Assembly (NCBI RefSeq): GCF_004010195.1
Contig: NC_057718.1
Location: 49,912,791 to 49,956,573, forward strand
Direction: 5' to 3'
From: Chiloscyllium plagiosum
Taxonomy: Eukaryota
Length of the DNA stretch: 43,783 bases
Shown here: in pieces, positions 12,574 to 25,095 of the stretch
How positions within the stretch are numbered: the stretch's first letter is position 1
Layout: each line of letters opens with the position of its first letter
The notes under the pieces: generated by a model
Seen by the model: the letters and a program-made list of their open reading frames with translations, nothing else
Databases searched by the model: none
Told to the model about the DNA's origin: nothing
Program-made: the position numbers and the translations under genes

Positions 12574-13059
12574 GGTTAATAATACAAGCTGAATATAGAA
12601 AGTTCAAAGGAGATTTAAAAAAAGGAAATAATCAAGACAAAGAAAATGCATGAGTAGAGATTGGCAACTAACATAAAAATGAATCAAAATGCTTTATATG
12701 TTAAATAGTAAAATGATAGTAAGATAGATCTTGGGGCTCATCAGGTTCAAAGAACAGGATTTATACATGGAGACAGAGGGCATAGCTGAAATCCTAACAA
12801 AGTACCTTGTAACTGTTAAAATGGAAAAATGCAGCTAAAATCATAGTGAGACACTTGTTAATTGAGATTTTGAAATAGACTAAACATGAATAAAGAGATT
12901 TTACAAAGGAATTTTACACTGAAAGCTTATAAGTTACCAGGGACAGATTGAATGTAATAGAGTATGGTAAGGGAAGTCCAGTAGAGAATTGTGGAGACAC
13001 TGGCTATGATTTTTTCAATCTTCCTTAGGTATGAGGGTGATACCAGAGTATTGAAGAAT

Positions 13060-13457
13060 CATAGATCATGCCTGATTATCTTTTTACTCAACATATTCTC
13101 CCATGTTATCCCCATATCCCTTGATGTTGTTGGTAACTAGCAATCTATCCCTTTCTGATCAAATTTATTTAGTAATTGGACTTCCACTGCTCTCTATGAC
13201 AGAAAATTCCAAAGATGTACCACACTCTGAGTGAAGATATTCCTCCTCAACTCAGTCCCAAATATTTATTCTGAGACTGTATCCCATGTTCTCGATACAG
13301 TAGTTAATGGGAAATACTTTTGCTGCATCCATTCTGTCTATTCCTTGAAGAATTTTCTTTAATTTTCTGTGAGATTGCAATGCATTCTTCTGAACTTCAG
13401 GGGATATGGGCCCAGTATCCTCATTAGACTAACCCAGGAGTCAGTCTGGTGAATCTT
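13060..13457 (-). mobile_element. CR1 LINE 3' fragment, old
   Basis: ccccatatcccttgat..gaaaattccaaagat..ctctgagtgaaga..tcctcctca..cagtctggtgaatct, homologous to 24085-24560. Confidence 0.75.
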
Positions 13458-14307
13458 TGCTGTTGTCCTCAGATACAGAAGCAGTCCATGTTCAAATACA
13501 ACAAGATCTGGACAATATCCAGGATTGGATTGACAAGTGGCATGTAATATTCACACAACACAAACACCAGGCTATGACCATCACCAATAAAAGGCAATCT
13601 AACCACCATCCTTTGACATTCAATGGTGTTACCATCATTGGATGCCCCACTACCAAAATCATTGACCAGAAACTCAACTGGACTCACCACATAAACACAA
13701 TGGTTACAACAGTAGGTCAGAGGTTAGGAATACTGTAGTCAGTAAGTCATCTCTTGACTCCCCAGAGCATGTCCACCATTTCCAAGGCAAAGGTCAGGAG
13801 TGTGATGGAATATTCCCCACTTGCCTGGATGAGTGCAGCTCCAACAATACTCAAGAAATTTCACACCATCCACCACAAGGTAGCCCAATTAATTGGCACC
13901 ACATCTACAAGTATCCACTCCATCCACTATCGATGCTCAGTAGCAGCTGTGTGGACTATCTACAAGATGCCCCGCTGCAGGAATTCAGCAAAGATGCTTA
14001 TACAGTACCTTCAAACCCCACAACTACTTCCATTTAGAAGGATAAGGGCAAAAGATATATGGGAACAACACCTTCTTCAAGTTCCCCTCCAAGCCATTCA
14101 CTATCTTGGCAGTATATCACCATCCCTGCACTGTCGGTGTGTCAAAATCCTGGCATTCTTCTCTCCCTAATGGCATTGTGGATCAACCCACAGCAGGTGG
14201 ACTGCAGCAGTTCAAGAAGGCAGCTCACTTCCACCTTCTCAAGGGCAACGAGGGACTGGCAATGAATGCTGGCCAGGCAGTGACACCCACATCCCACAAA
14301 TGAATAA
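13458..14307 (+). mobile_element. CR1-Zenon-like LINE 3' portion
   Basis: QQDLDNIQDWIDKW, KLNWTHHI, KAKVRSVMEYSPLAW; tail ccaccttctcaagggcaa..aatgctggcc..cccacatcccacaaatgaataa. Confidence 0.8.
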
Positions 14308-15289
14308 CTATTTTAAAGAAATCCTTCCAATTTACTTGCTTACACCTTTATTCAAAAAGTTGTTAGAATAAACCCAGTAACTGCAAGCTAATCAACTTAA
14401 CTTGAGTATTGGGAAAGCTTTTAGAAAGAATAACCAAGATTAAATTGACAGAACTTAGACAAAGGGGAATCCATTAATCAAAAAAAGCAAAGATGCTTAA
14501 AGGCAAATCATATTTAGCAAACCATGATTGAGTTTTTGATTTGGTGATGGAGAATTTTGTTAAGGGTAATGTGGCTGATACGGTGTTTTTGACTTCCAAA
14601 AGGTATTTGATAAGACGATGTGTTTTAAATTCACCATCAATGATAAAGCCCCATGGAATAAGAGGAACAAGGAAATATAGATTCATAATTGATTAAGTGA
14701 TATGAAACTGACGGTACTGGTGTAAGTTGTTTCTTGGAATGAAGGAAGGTTTACAGTGGGTTTCCTCAGAGACTAGTATTTGGAACACTGCTTTTTCTAT
14801 CTTTATTAATGATTCAGACATGGGCTTATACTCAAAATTAGCAGGTGTCACAAACATTGGGAAGATAGTGACATACTTAAAGAGGACATGTGGCTGATTA
14901 ATTTCTTGGAGAGACATGTAAAGTGGCACTTTTTGAGAGGACGAATGCAAGGAGTCAATATTAAATAAGGGATACAATTCTAAAGGAGTTACAGGAGCAG
15001 ACCCAACTGTATATGGGTACAAGTTGTTGAAAATGGCAGAACTTTGGAACCTGTCTGCCTCAGAAGGCAATGGAGATGAGGTCATTGAATATTTTTTAAG
15101 ATGAAGGTAGATAGATTTTTGTTAGGCCAGGGAATCACAGGTTAACAGTGGTAGATGGGAAAGTAGAAATTGAAACATAAATGAATCAGACATGATCTTA
15201 TTAAATTGTAGAACCAGCTTTGAGGAGCTAAATAATTCACTTCTACTCCAATTTTTTAGTTTGTGTGACTGATCAAGAGAGTAGTTAAT

Positions 15290-15638
15290 ATGGTATTGTC
15301 AGCTTTATAAACCGAGGCGTAGACTACAAAAACAAACATGTTATGTAGAATATTTATAAAACACTGATTCACCTTTAATTAATACTGTGTCTAATTCTAG
15401 ATGCTACACCTTGGGAAGTTGTGAAGGGTTTGAAATTGAAGAAAATATTTGCAAAATAATTCCATGCTTGAGCAGCTAATATAGCGAGGATGGATTTTAA
15501 AATCATAAGATAAAATTGAGAGGAGGCTTAATAGATTTGTTCAAAATCATGAGGGATTTAAACAGGTTGGAGTGAGAGTAAATTAATTGAAAGAAGGGTG
15601 GAGAATCAAAGGACACAGATTTAAGATGATAGGCAAAT
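15290..15638 (+). mobile_element. Old CR1 fragment
   Basis: Decayed FINRGVDYKNK, IYKTLI, FKIMRD, KGHRFKM. Confidence 0.65.
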
Positions 15639-16293
15639 GCATTGGTGCCAGATTTGTGGTGAAGACTCAAAGCATCAACACCAACACAATCTGCTCCAGA
15701 GGGTTAGTATCGAAGGCTTTCTACTTTCAGCTAAACAGTGCCATCAGAGTCATTTGCTGACATTCCAAAAAGAGCTATCAAACAGCTGACAGAGCTATGC
15801 TGCAAGACCCCTCTGATAGGGACTGTGCCTATCAAGGGTGGCCACCTGGAGCTCAAAGTATTTGAATAACATTACCCAACTCCCTCAGGCATGCAGAGAA
15901 TTGCTGCACTGAAGTGTAGACCAAAACTGCAAACCAGCCATTCATGGCCCTGTTGCACTCATGGGAAAGAGGTAGAAGATGAATATTGTGCCTTACTCCC
16001 AGCAGACACAGAGCAAATCATGGTCTCATACTCAAACATTGTGGGGCATGAATTGCAAACCCATTGTGTTACTTTCATATGATGTTGGGTTAAGTAATCA
16101 TTGAAGTACACCTGTCTGGTTGATATAACAGTGTATTACCCTTAAAATAGTGGGAAATGACTTATTAACTTGTTTCTGTGAACATTTTCCTGAGTGAATC
16201 TTCCTTAGTGCATATGATTAGGTGACCAGAGTCACCAAGTTAAATGTTACTCATCCAAAGTTAAATTAGAGATTTTGTAGTTCATTTCAGATA

Positions 16294-16953
16294 AGAGTCA
16301 AAGAGTCATACAGCATAGGAACAGACCCTTTGGTATAACTGGTCCACGCCAACCAAGTTTCCTAAACTAAACTAGTCCCACTTCCCTGCAGTGGGCCCAT
16401 ATCCCTCTAAACCTTTCCTGCTTGTGCACCTATCAAAATGTTATTTAAATTTTGTAACTCTACCTGCATTTACCACTTTCTCTGGCAGTTCATTCCACAT
16501 ACTACTTACCCTGTGTGAAAAAGTTTCCCATTAGGTCCTTTTTAAATCTTTCTCCTCTCACCTTAAAATATGCTCTCTCGCTTTGAATTCCTCAACCCTA
16601 TGGAAAAGACCTTTGCTATTCACCTTATTTATGCTCTCATGATTTTATAAACCTATATAAGGTCAGCTCTCAACCTTCTATGCTCCAGTGAAAATAGTCC
16701 CAGCCTATCCAGTCCATCCTTATAACTCCAACTCTCCAGTCCTGACAATATCCTGGTAAATCTTTTCTGAACCCTCTTCAATTTAATAATACACTTCCTA
16801 GAGCCGGACAACCACAGTACTTCAATGTCCTGTACAACATGATGTCTCAACTCTTGTATGCATTGGTCTGAGTGATGAATGCAAGCTAAATGCCTTTGTA
16901 ACCACCCTGTTTAGCTGTGACACAACGTTCAAAGAACTATGTACCTGAACCCA
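16294..16953 (-). mobile_element. CR1 (HER1-like) LINE 3' end
   Basis: RVQKRFTRILSGLE..LGLFSLEHRRLRADLI; tail agagtcatacagcataggaacagaccc. Confidence 0.9.
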
Positions 16954-17577
16954 ACTGTGTCAGGAATAAACACTTAAAGCAATCATGAGACATTTTGAAT
17001 TAAGTCGAGGAAAACTTGGAATTGATGTGCTGCAGTTAGAATTTGGTAAGATTCAGTTAGAAATTAAACAAATTAGAAGGGAAAGATAAGAAATATAAAG
17101 GATAGAGAATTGAGGAAAACTGCATCAGAAACTTAAGAAAAACAACTAGAAGGGGAAATAAAATTTTTAAAATGCTGAATTCTAAAAAGAGAAGGCCATC
17201 AGACAACATGACTTGATTAGAGATTGGCTGAGAATCTGGGAAGAATGAAGAGATAGCAACCCTTAGGATAATTCTGATTTCAACAAGAGATTGGATTAAA
17301 CTACAAATCTGTGTTTACTGTCTAAATGTACAGATGATGGGGTGGAAAAATATTTCACCATTATTTGAAAGGATAACTGTGAAGCTGAAGAGGCCAAAAG
17401 ATGCGTGGATCTGAACGTTACAGAGCATCCTTATAGATGCAACATGAATGTGCACACCAGATTCTTAGAAGAACAATTTGAAGACTATGAGCTTTTTAAA
17501 GGGTAATTCTCAATGTTTTAAGAGATTGTCCCAGAAGTCTATTAATTAAAAGGAAAAAAACAGACTAATTAGACTAA

Positions 17578-17786
17578 TTGGAAATATTAAATGAGTATTT
17601 TGCATCAGTGTTTACTGTGGAAAAGGACATGAATGATATAGAATGCAGGGAAATAGGTGATAACATCTTGAAAAATGTCCGTATTACAGAGGAGGAAGTG
17701 CTGGATGCCTGGAAATGCATAAAAGTGGATAAATCCCCAGGACCTGATCAAGTATACCCTAGAACTCTGTGGGAAGCTGGGGAGGT
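17578..17786 (+). mobile_element. CR1 ORF2 internal fragment
   Basis: EILNEYFASVFTVEKD..KSPGPDQVYPRTLWEA. Confidence 0.9.
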
Positions 17787-18100
17787 GATTAGATTAGATT
17801 AGATTAGATTACTTTACAGTGTGGAAACAGGCCCTTCGGCCCAACAAGTCCACACCGACACGCCGAAGCGCAACCCACCCATACCCCTCCATTTACCCCT
17901 TACCTAACACTACGGGCAATTTAGCATGGCCAGTTCACCTGACCTGCACATTTTTGGACTGTGGGAGGAAACCAGAGCACCCGGAGGAAACCCACACAGA
18001 CACGGGGAGAATGTGCAAACTCCACACAGACAGTAACCTGAGGCTTGAATCGAACCTGGGACCCTGGTGCTGTGAGGCAGCAGTGCTAACCACTGAGCCA
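17787..18100 (-). mobile_element. HE1-type V-SINE with (TAATC)n tail
   Basis: TGGCTCAGTGGTTAGCACTGCTGCCTCACAGC..GGTTCGATTC; V domain; tail gattagattagatt. Confidence 0.95.
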
Positions 18101-18102
18101 TT

Positions 18103-18379
18103 GAGAGGAGAAAGATATAAAAGAGACCTAAGGGGCATCTTTTTCCACACAGAGGGTGGTACATGTATGGAATGAGCTACCAGAGGAAGTGGTGGAGGCT
18201 GGTACAATTGCAACATTTAAAAGGCATTTGGATGGGTATATGAATAGGAAGGGTTTGGACTGATTTGGGCCGGGTACAGGCAAGTGGGACTAGATTGGGT
18301 TGGGATTTCTGGTTGACATGGGCGGGTTGGATCGAAGTGTCTGTTTCCATGCTGTACATCTCTATGACTCTATGACTCT
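18103..18379 (+). mobile_element. CR1 (HER1-like) 3' end
   Basis: RGERYKRDLRG..; ends ctatgactctatgactcta. Confidence 0.92.
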
Positions 18380-19439
18380 AATTACTGAAAATTTAATGGG
18401 AGACCTGTTGCAGTAGTAGGAATATCTAAGGATTTCTTCAAAAAGTATGTAGCATAAAAGGAATTCAGAAGTGTAGATCTTGTTCTTAGGAAGATAGAGA
18501 TGGCTCAAGATAGTTAAACAAATTATTTGATCACTTCTAAAGTGAATTGGATCACTGGGGTTCAAAGCATTTTATCTCAAAGGTAGAAGCATTTTCTTAT
18601 TTTTCTAATTAAGGAGGCAAATCAATTATTTAGAGACATTGCAGTAGTCAGTCATTGGTGCTGACTGGTGATGCAATTTGTCCTCTAGGTGGGCTAACAA
18701 AAAAATAACAATTGGCAGTGCACACCAAAGTTACAGACCAGTTCCCATTAAATAGATTTGGATTTAGATTGACTTAGTAATTGGAGAGGTATAGTTGGAA
18801 CAGTGCAACTAATCCCAACAAAATTTGCTCTTGCACTTGTGATGACTCATCATCAGGCATTAAAGTCAAATCTGTTATATCAGTTTGTTCACCAGATTGT
18901 TTTGGGGTCTGAACAGCTTCAGTTAGAGATTCTTCAATGAATTTAAGTAAGTTTATTGCTCAATCTTACTTCCAGTCTATGTTTCTTCTAATAAACATTG
19001 TTGCTTTTGTCTTCTGAATTTTAATGATCAGAATAAAACACATTACTACCACTCCAGTAGTAAAGCACCCTCACAGAGTTATTTCCTGTGAATAGTATGA
19101 AGTAATTCTTGAATGCCAATATAAGTATTGACAACAGATTCTTGATTCTTTTTGGGTCCAACATCCAATATAAATCCAACACAATTTAAGAAGCCCAAAA
19201 AAATCATCTACTAGTTATTCCCTGACCAGTTACTGGCCAACAGTTGCTCCTGAACCATTCGTTCTAGTTGAACATGTTAGGCACCTTCTGCTACTTCAAG
19301 GACGTTGTGGTCAAGACAAGCATGCAATCTCAAAAATGAGAAATGTTGTTTGTGAATTATGTGTGCACTGTCAATTCTTTTTATACCCTGTGTTGCAGTG
19401 TTACTTGTAACATTTCGATTATCTAACTTTGTCTCTGTA

Positions 19440-19531
19440 CAAAGTTAAAAATCACACAACACCAGGTTATAGTCCAACATGTTTAATTGGAAGCACACTA
19501 GCTTTCGGAGCGACGCTCCTTCATCAGGTGA
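19440..19531 (-). mobile_element. 92-bp PLE pLTR insertion, family B, with 11-bp TSD
   Basis: TSD ttgtctctgta at 19429-19439 and 19532-19542. Confidence 0.9.
19496..19530 (-). ncRNA. Intact minimal type I hammerhead ribozyme motif, family B
   Basis: CAC-CUGAUGA-A-GGAGC-GUC-GCUCC-GAAA-GC-UA^GUG; stem I CAC/GUG, 5-bp stem II, palindromic AGCU stem III. Confidence 0.85.
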
Positions 19532-20295
19532 TTGTCTCTGTAGGCTGTGATCTCTCTTTCTTCAGTCATGGTGTTTGGCCTGATAGGACACCTGCAAGTC
19601 TACTAACATAAAATGAATGAGATATCCATTGACATTTGCAGATTCTATCAAATTTGAGTCAATTGGATCAACAATTTCCAATAGGAATGCATTTGGCATT
19701 TTTTCTAATGTGGGTGGCTCTACTGCATTAAAAACTTTGCTCGAGTCAGTATTACTATGATTCAGGTAAAAATTGAGCCTTTTTTTAAACTTTTAATATC
19801 TGAACTTTAATAACTGGAACTTTTCATGGACTAAAATGCTTTTTTTTAAGTAAAGACTCTGACTGATCCTGTTTATGAAACTATCAATAAACAAGACAGT
19901 CTGCACTGAACTTAAAATGACATCAACATGCCTGAAATTAGTTCCTCCTGTTGATTTACACGTTTCTGAAAATTTCATGAATTGGGATGGAAAGCATAGC
20001 TGCAAATTATCCAGCTTGGAAATAAACAATGAAGCCAATTGTGGAGATAGACAAATTATCCTTATCTCAGACGACAACTTTTGAGCAGCGAAAAGTAAAT
20101 TTTTATCATAAAATTGATTCATAACTGGAAGATTTGCTCATTCGTCTTGTTTCTCTCAGATTCTTTAGAAATGGTACCCAGTAATAAAACAAATTAGAGA
20201 AACTACACTCACTAAGAACTCAAGGATATCTGCACATTTTTCGACCTCTGAGGTGACTGTACATCAAGTAAACAACTATAGTTTCTGTTTAAAAC

Positions 20296-20886
20296 CTTAT
20301 CCTTCAAATATTTTAGGGCTTATTTAACTCACTACTTCTATTTACACTGGACAATCTCCCCTTTTTGAATTTTATACCTCTGTTTGTGTGTGTGATTATT
20401 CTTGTTCTTGTGATATCACTTGTGGAGTAATGTTCCTTTAAGAGATTATTATGCAAATGAGTCAAACATGTGGAATGTTAAGGTAAAAACAATGACTGTA
20501 GATGCTGGAAACCAGAGTCGAGATTAGAGTGGTGCTGGAAAGGCACAGCAGTTCAGGCAGCATCATGATGAATGTTAACATAGGGCAACAGGCTACAGGC
20601 TCTCTGCACTGTAGCGTGTGAAGTACAGAACATGTCCAGTAATTTCCTTGTTGTAAATATTGTACAGCTATAAATAAATGCATAAAAAAAACTTCAATTA
20701 AATAAAATCACATATCTAATTTGTATCCCATGAAGATAACATAAGAATGTGTTTCATGATGGAAAGCTGGGATCTTTTTCTTTAAAAAAGGTAGAGTAAA
20801 GACAAAACCAGATTTAAAAAGGGGAGATTGTCCAGTATAAATAGAAATAGTGAGTTAAATAAGCTTTCACATTCTTGAAGTATAAG
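20296..20886. mobile_element. Foldback/MITE-like element with ~75-bp inverted arms
   Basis: 20296-20370 (..gcttatttaactcactacttctatttacactggacaatctcccctttt) pairs with 20812-20886. Confidence 0.65.
20482..20563 (-). mobile_element. PLE pLTR 3' fragment, family A variant
   Basis: Homologous to 12369-12450; TSD catgtggaatgttaa (20467-20481) / catgatgaatgttaa (20564-20578). Confidence 0.88.
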
Positions 20887-20895
20887 AAAAATAAG

Positions 20896-20995
20896 AAACG
20901 AAAACAGAAATTGCCAGAAAAACTCAGCATGTCTGATAGCATCTGTGGAGAAAATCAGAATTAACTTTTCGAGTCCAGTGATCTTTTTTCAGAAC
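20896..20995 (-). mobile_element. PLE pLTR fragment, family C, degenerate HHR
   Basis: Homologous to 36981-37078; minus GUU-CUGAAAA-A-AGAUC-ACUG-GACUC-GAAA-AGUU. Confidence 0.8.
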
Positions 20996-21949
20996 AATAC
21001 TCAAACTCCATTATTCTTGGAGTTTTTACAGAATCAAATCACTCAAAAGCCCCAATTTACCTGCCTGATGGACTCAGGTAATAGAAATCTCTTACCAGGT
21101 TTCTGTACTACTATTATGAATAAATCAATTCTAGCCACAGACAAATAAAAATGTGAACTATTATCATATAATTTTGCTAGCTGAAACTCAAAGCCACTCT
21201 TGTAGCTTTACACATACATGTAGACAGACGTTGAGAAACAAACTTAGATTCTGTATGTAAAGGAAAATACATTGGGGAAACAGAGGTCAATAACACCAAC
21301 TTTCAGGATTCAATGAAGGATCCCTTTGGCTTCTTGCAAGTTCTTCAAATCCTAAATCATCCTATCAAAATCCTTTTGGTTCTTTGCTAAAGGCACAACA
21401 TGTTGGCATATTAGTTGTTCAATTTCTCAGTCACTAGTTAGAAGCACTAGCTTCTAGAAGATGTTAGGAGACAATAGTTAGCCGAGCAATGGTATTGCTC
21501 ACCGTCTAAAGATCTTCCGCCTTTGTATTCAGACACAGTTGTTTGACTGTCCAAGAGTGAACTGATTTCATGCAATTTATTCCGAGTCTCCAACTCGTCT
21601 TGATTGCACAAACCAATCAGCAATCTGTCTCTGTGTTAAGTTCTCTCTGAACATGCAGTCCAGTAGCCTCTTAGATATCTTCCTACACTGCTTGAGCAAA
21701 GTACCAGTTATCCAGGGACTTGTCTTTAAAAGGGCAGCAATTCTTTCCATAGTTCTTGGGTCACCAAGCCTGAGAAGTCATTGAGAACATTGGGCTTTCA
21801 TGAAAGCTGCAGTTCATATGGGAATGAAACTCACACTGCTAGCATCACTCTGCATAAGCTGCCCAAGCAACTGAGCTGGATGCCCTCCAACTTATACCTT
21901 ATAAAGTGGATAGTTTCTGCTGCTCTCTTGTGATAAGCTTGTCCTTTTG

Positions 21950-22200
21950 CTTTCATGATTTGTTTGTGTTTCTTCCTGGTTTCTGTCTCCAAAACAATCT
22001 GAATAGCTTTTTCCAAAATCAAATCTTCTTCACACTTTAATAAGTTTGACAAAGACTCATTAGTATTTCTAACAATATTTCTATTTCATATGAATTCTGA
22101 TTTCAAATTTCATCATAATAGTTTTCCAATCATTTGTAGAAATCGTTATTGGCATTATTTATGGGTTCCCCTGGAAGCTCCGGTCTTCTTTTAATTCTTG
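21950..22200 (-). mobile_element. Gypsy-type LTR retrotransposon gag remnant
   Basis: Decayed LKSEFI..IV..NESLSNLLKCEEDLILEKAIQIV, resembling the Gypsy gag IRDRIVVG..LTLEKAI motif. Confidence 0.6.
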
Positions 22201-23158
22201 TTCCTTCAAGAATTTTCTTTGTTTTTAGATACCCTTTTCTGAGTTTGTCCCTTGGGATCAAGGGTGATTTTCTTCCACTCTGGTATTGTGGGTCTTGAGG
22301 GGACTAAATAGTTCATGACAGGATTCTCAAACCCTACTACAGGTGAGGCAGGTGGCATAGGCTGAAGTGAATCAATGCTCAGGTTTGTGCATAATCCTCC
22401 TGCTATTTGGCCTCCATCTGAGACTGTCAGAGATGCTCGAGACAGCTGGTGCTGTTGCAATGGAGGGATAGCAAGCCAAACAAGATCTACCACACGGGAT
22501 TTACAATACAGTGAACTTAAAGCAATCAATGACCCTTGAAATTACTCCTAACCAATGTTTACATATAACAGACCTTGTTTATAACCGAAACAAAAGTTAA
22601 CAATTTATTAATAAGAATGTAATTTTGGCAGATCATAAATGAATAACAAGGCAATCTAATTAATACTTACAATCCACATCCAATATTCTTTGAGCATAAA
22701 CCCCACTCACAGATCGACATTTAAGGGATAAATTAAAAAAGAAAATTTTAAAAAACATAATTTGCCAGTTTGAAAATTGTTTTGACGATGAATACCAGGC
22801 CTTCATGACATTTATTGATGATGGGTTGTGTTATAGGCACACAGGACTGTGTATCTTTCTGGTCAATGGTCAACGCAAATAGTTTCTACAGACCGCTAGA
22901 GACTTATTTATTTCTTAAAACTGGAATTCTCTTCTCAGAACTTTCAACATGTTGCTAACTGGAAAATAACAAAAGAGACCAAAACCAAAACCAACTTCCC
23001 AGTCCAACAGTTACTAAGGCCAAAGAGCTTCCTATCCAAAATTCCCAGTCAGCAGCAGTTCACTCTTTGCTTCTTTGTTTTTTAACACCCTCTATGGTTG
23101 GTTAGCCAGTTCTTCAGTTGATTAACCAATTCAAGTTCCAACTACTTAACAGTCCCAG

Positions 23159-23207
23159 AGAATAACAACACCTTGGTGCAGAATAGCAACACCTTGGTGC
23201 AGAATAA
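23159..23207. repeat. 21-bp tandem duplication (2.3 copies)
   Basis: agaataacaacaccttggtgc agaatagcaacaccttggtgc agaataa. Confidence 0.9.
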
Positions 23208-24067
23208 TATGCAATGTCCTTCGAACAGTAATTAACCTGCGTTTTCTTTCCAGCCTAGTTCCTGATAGCAAACATTAGTCTTTTGTTCCATCCTCAAGTT
23301 TTAAAAGAAAATGTTCTCATAGTTCAAAGTTCATATTTCAAATTCAACTCAAATTTCCAAACCAAACATGGGAAAAATAAGGGGTAAATAGTGATGATCT
23401 CAACAGTTCCTTCATGGATGCTTGTTTTCCAATCTGGGTACTCTGGAATGAAAGATTCCAATAAGTCAGTGGAAATATTGCATATTTTCAGGGAGCCTTT
23501 GAGGGAGGCTTTCTGAGAGGCTCTGCACCATTCATTTAAAGTATTTCCCCTAGCCCACAGAGTTTTTAAACTTTACACATGAAGTTCTGAAATTGTTGCT
23601 ACCCAGCTGAAGCTCAAATCAGGACTGTTCCTACACGTCCTTCTTGTCTAAAGACTCTGCAACTGTAAAGTGTATGTAGTTTTTTACTCTCTTAGTAACC
23701 ACGCTGCATCTCCTGTACTGCCTATCCCATCTCTGAGTTGAAGGTTTAAGCCCTGATTGTCCACCAGTTCTGTCATTCAATTTTCTGTTCAAGCACCTGC
23801 AGTTCCTAATTGACTTGGTAGTCAGAAAGTACCAACGTCCTTAAAATGGCAAATTGACCTGTCTTCTGATGTTTTATTTTCTCTTGCAGAACCAACTAGC
23901 TCTTTCTTATATTTGGGGTGGAGTGTTACTACAATCTTCCTTCCCACACTGTGTCAAATTATGTATTTCGTGAACAGTGGTAGAGATGGAGCCACCACGG
24001 AGTCTTAACAAGAAGAGGAAGTAGCCTTAATGACAAAATGTACTTTATTGCATGATAGCAATATATA

Positions 24068-25095
24068 CATAGAAACGGAAACACTGAAACATAGAAGATC
24101 AGAGCAGGAGGAGACCACTTAGCCCTGCAAGCCTGCTCTGCCATTTATCACAGTCATTGCTGATCATCCAACTCAATACCCTAATCCGCTTTGTCCCTAT
24201 AACCTTTGATCCCATTCACCCCAAGTGCTATATCTAGTCACCACATTCAATATTTTGGCATCAACTACTTCCTGTGGTAATGAATTCCACAGGCTCACCA
24301 TTCTTTGGGTGAAGAAATGTCTCCTCATCTCCATCTTAAATGGTCCATCCCAAATCCTCAAACTGTGACTCCTAGTTATGGACACAGCCACCATCAGGAG
24401 CATCTTCCCTGCAGGACCCTATCTAGTCCTGTTAGACCTTTATAAGTGTATGTGAGATCCTCTTCATTTATCTGAACTCCAGTGAAAACAATCTTAACCT
24501 AGTCAATCTCTTCCCCTACATCATTCCTGTCATCCCTGAAATCAGCCTCGTAAACCTTCGCTGCTCTCCCTCAAGAGCAAGAGTATCCTTCCTCAGAAAA
24601 AGACGCCAAAACTGCACACAGAATTCCAGGTGTGGCCTCACCAAGGCCTTGTATAACTGCAACAACACATCCTTGCTCTTGTACTCAAAATCACTCACAA
24701 TAAAGGCCAACATATCATTTGCTTTGTTTACTACCTGCTGCATCTGCAAACTTACCATCAACGACTGGTGCACAAGGACACCCAGGTCCCACTATACACT
24801 CCCCTCTCCAAATTTATAGCCGTTCAGGTAGCAATCTGCCTTCTTGCTTTTGCTTCCAAAATGTACAATCTCACATTTACCTAAATTAGATTGCATCTGC
24901 CATTGATTTGCCCACTCACCCAAACTGTCAGGTCATGCTGAAGGATGTCTGCATCCCTATTGCAGTCCACCCTCCCACCCAACATAGTACTGTCTGCAAA
25001 CTTTGTGATGCTGCATTTTGTTCCCTCATCCAACACAACAATATATATTGTGAATAGCTGGGGTCCCAGCATCGGTCCTTAATGTACCCCACTAT
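24068..25095 (-). mobile_element. CR1 LINE 3' ~1 kb
   Basis: LGPQLFTIYI, KFADSTML, LYKALVRPHLEFCVQFW, FFTQRMVSLWNSLP; tail ..ttctatgtttc. Confidence 0.92.

Larger units (their letters stand above)
12215..15270 (+). mobile_element. Old CR1 LINE in pieces (~12215-13058 and ~14330-15270) with nested insertions
   Basis: Decayed ILTKYL, TPLFKK, DFQK.FDK motifs and a CR1 tail at ~15185-15265. Confidence 0.6.

Noticed and set aside
15814..15834. Hairpin tgatagg-gactgtg-cctatca after CTGA as an HHR
   Set aside because: Lacks CUGANGA and GAAA core.
17787..18100. SINE heads as tRNA genes
   Set aside because: A/B boxes continue into the V domain and LINE-like tail; no complete cloverleaf.
19793..20122. 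109-aa minus ORF and 69-aa plus ORF as genes
   Set aside because: No recognisable domain; lengths are within chance expectation.
23159..23207. CRISPR-like repeat
   Set aside because: Adjacent tandem copies without spacers, in eukaryotic DNA.
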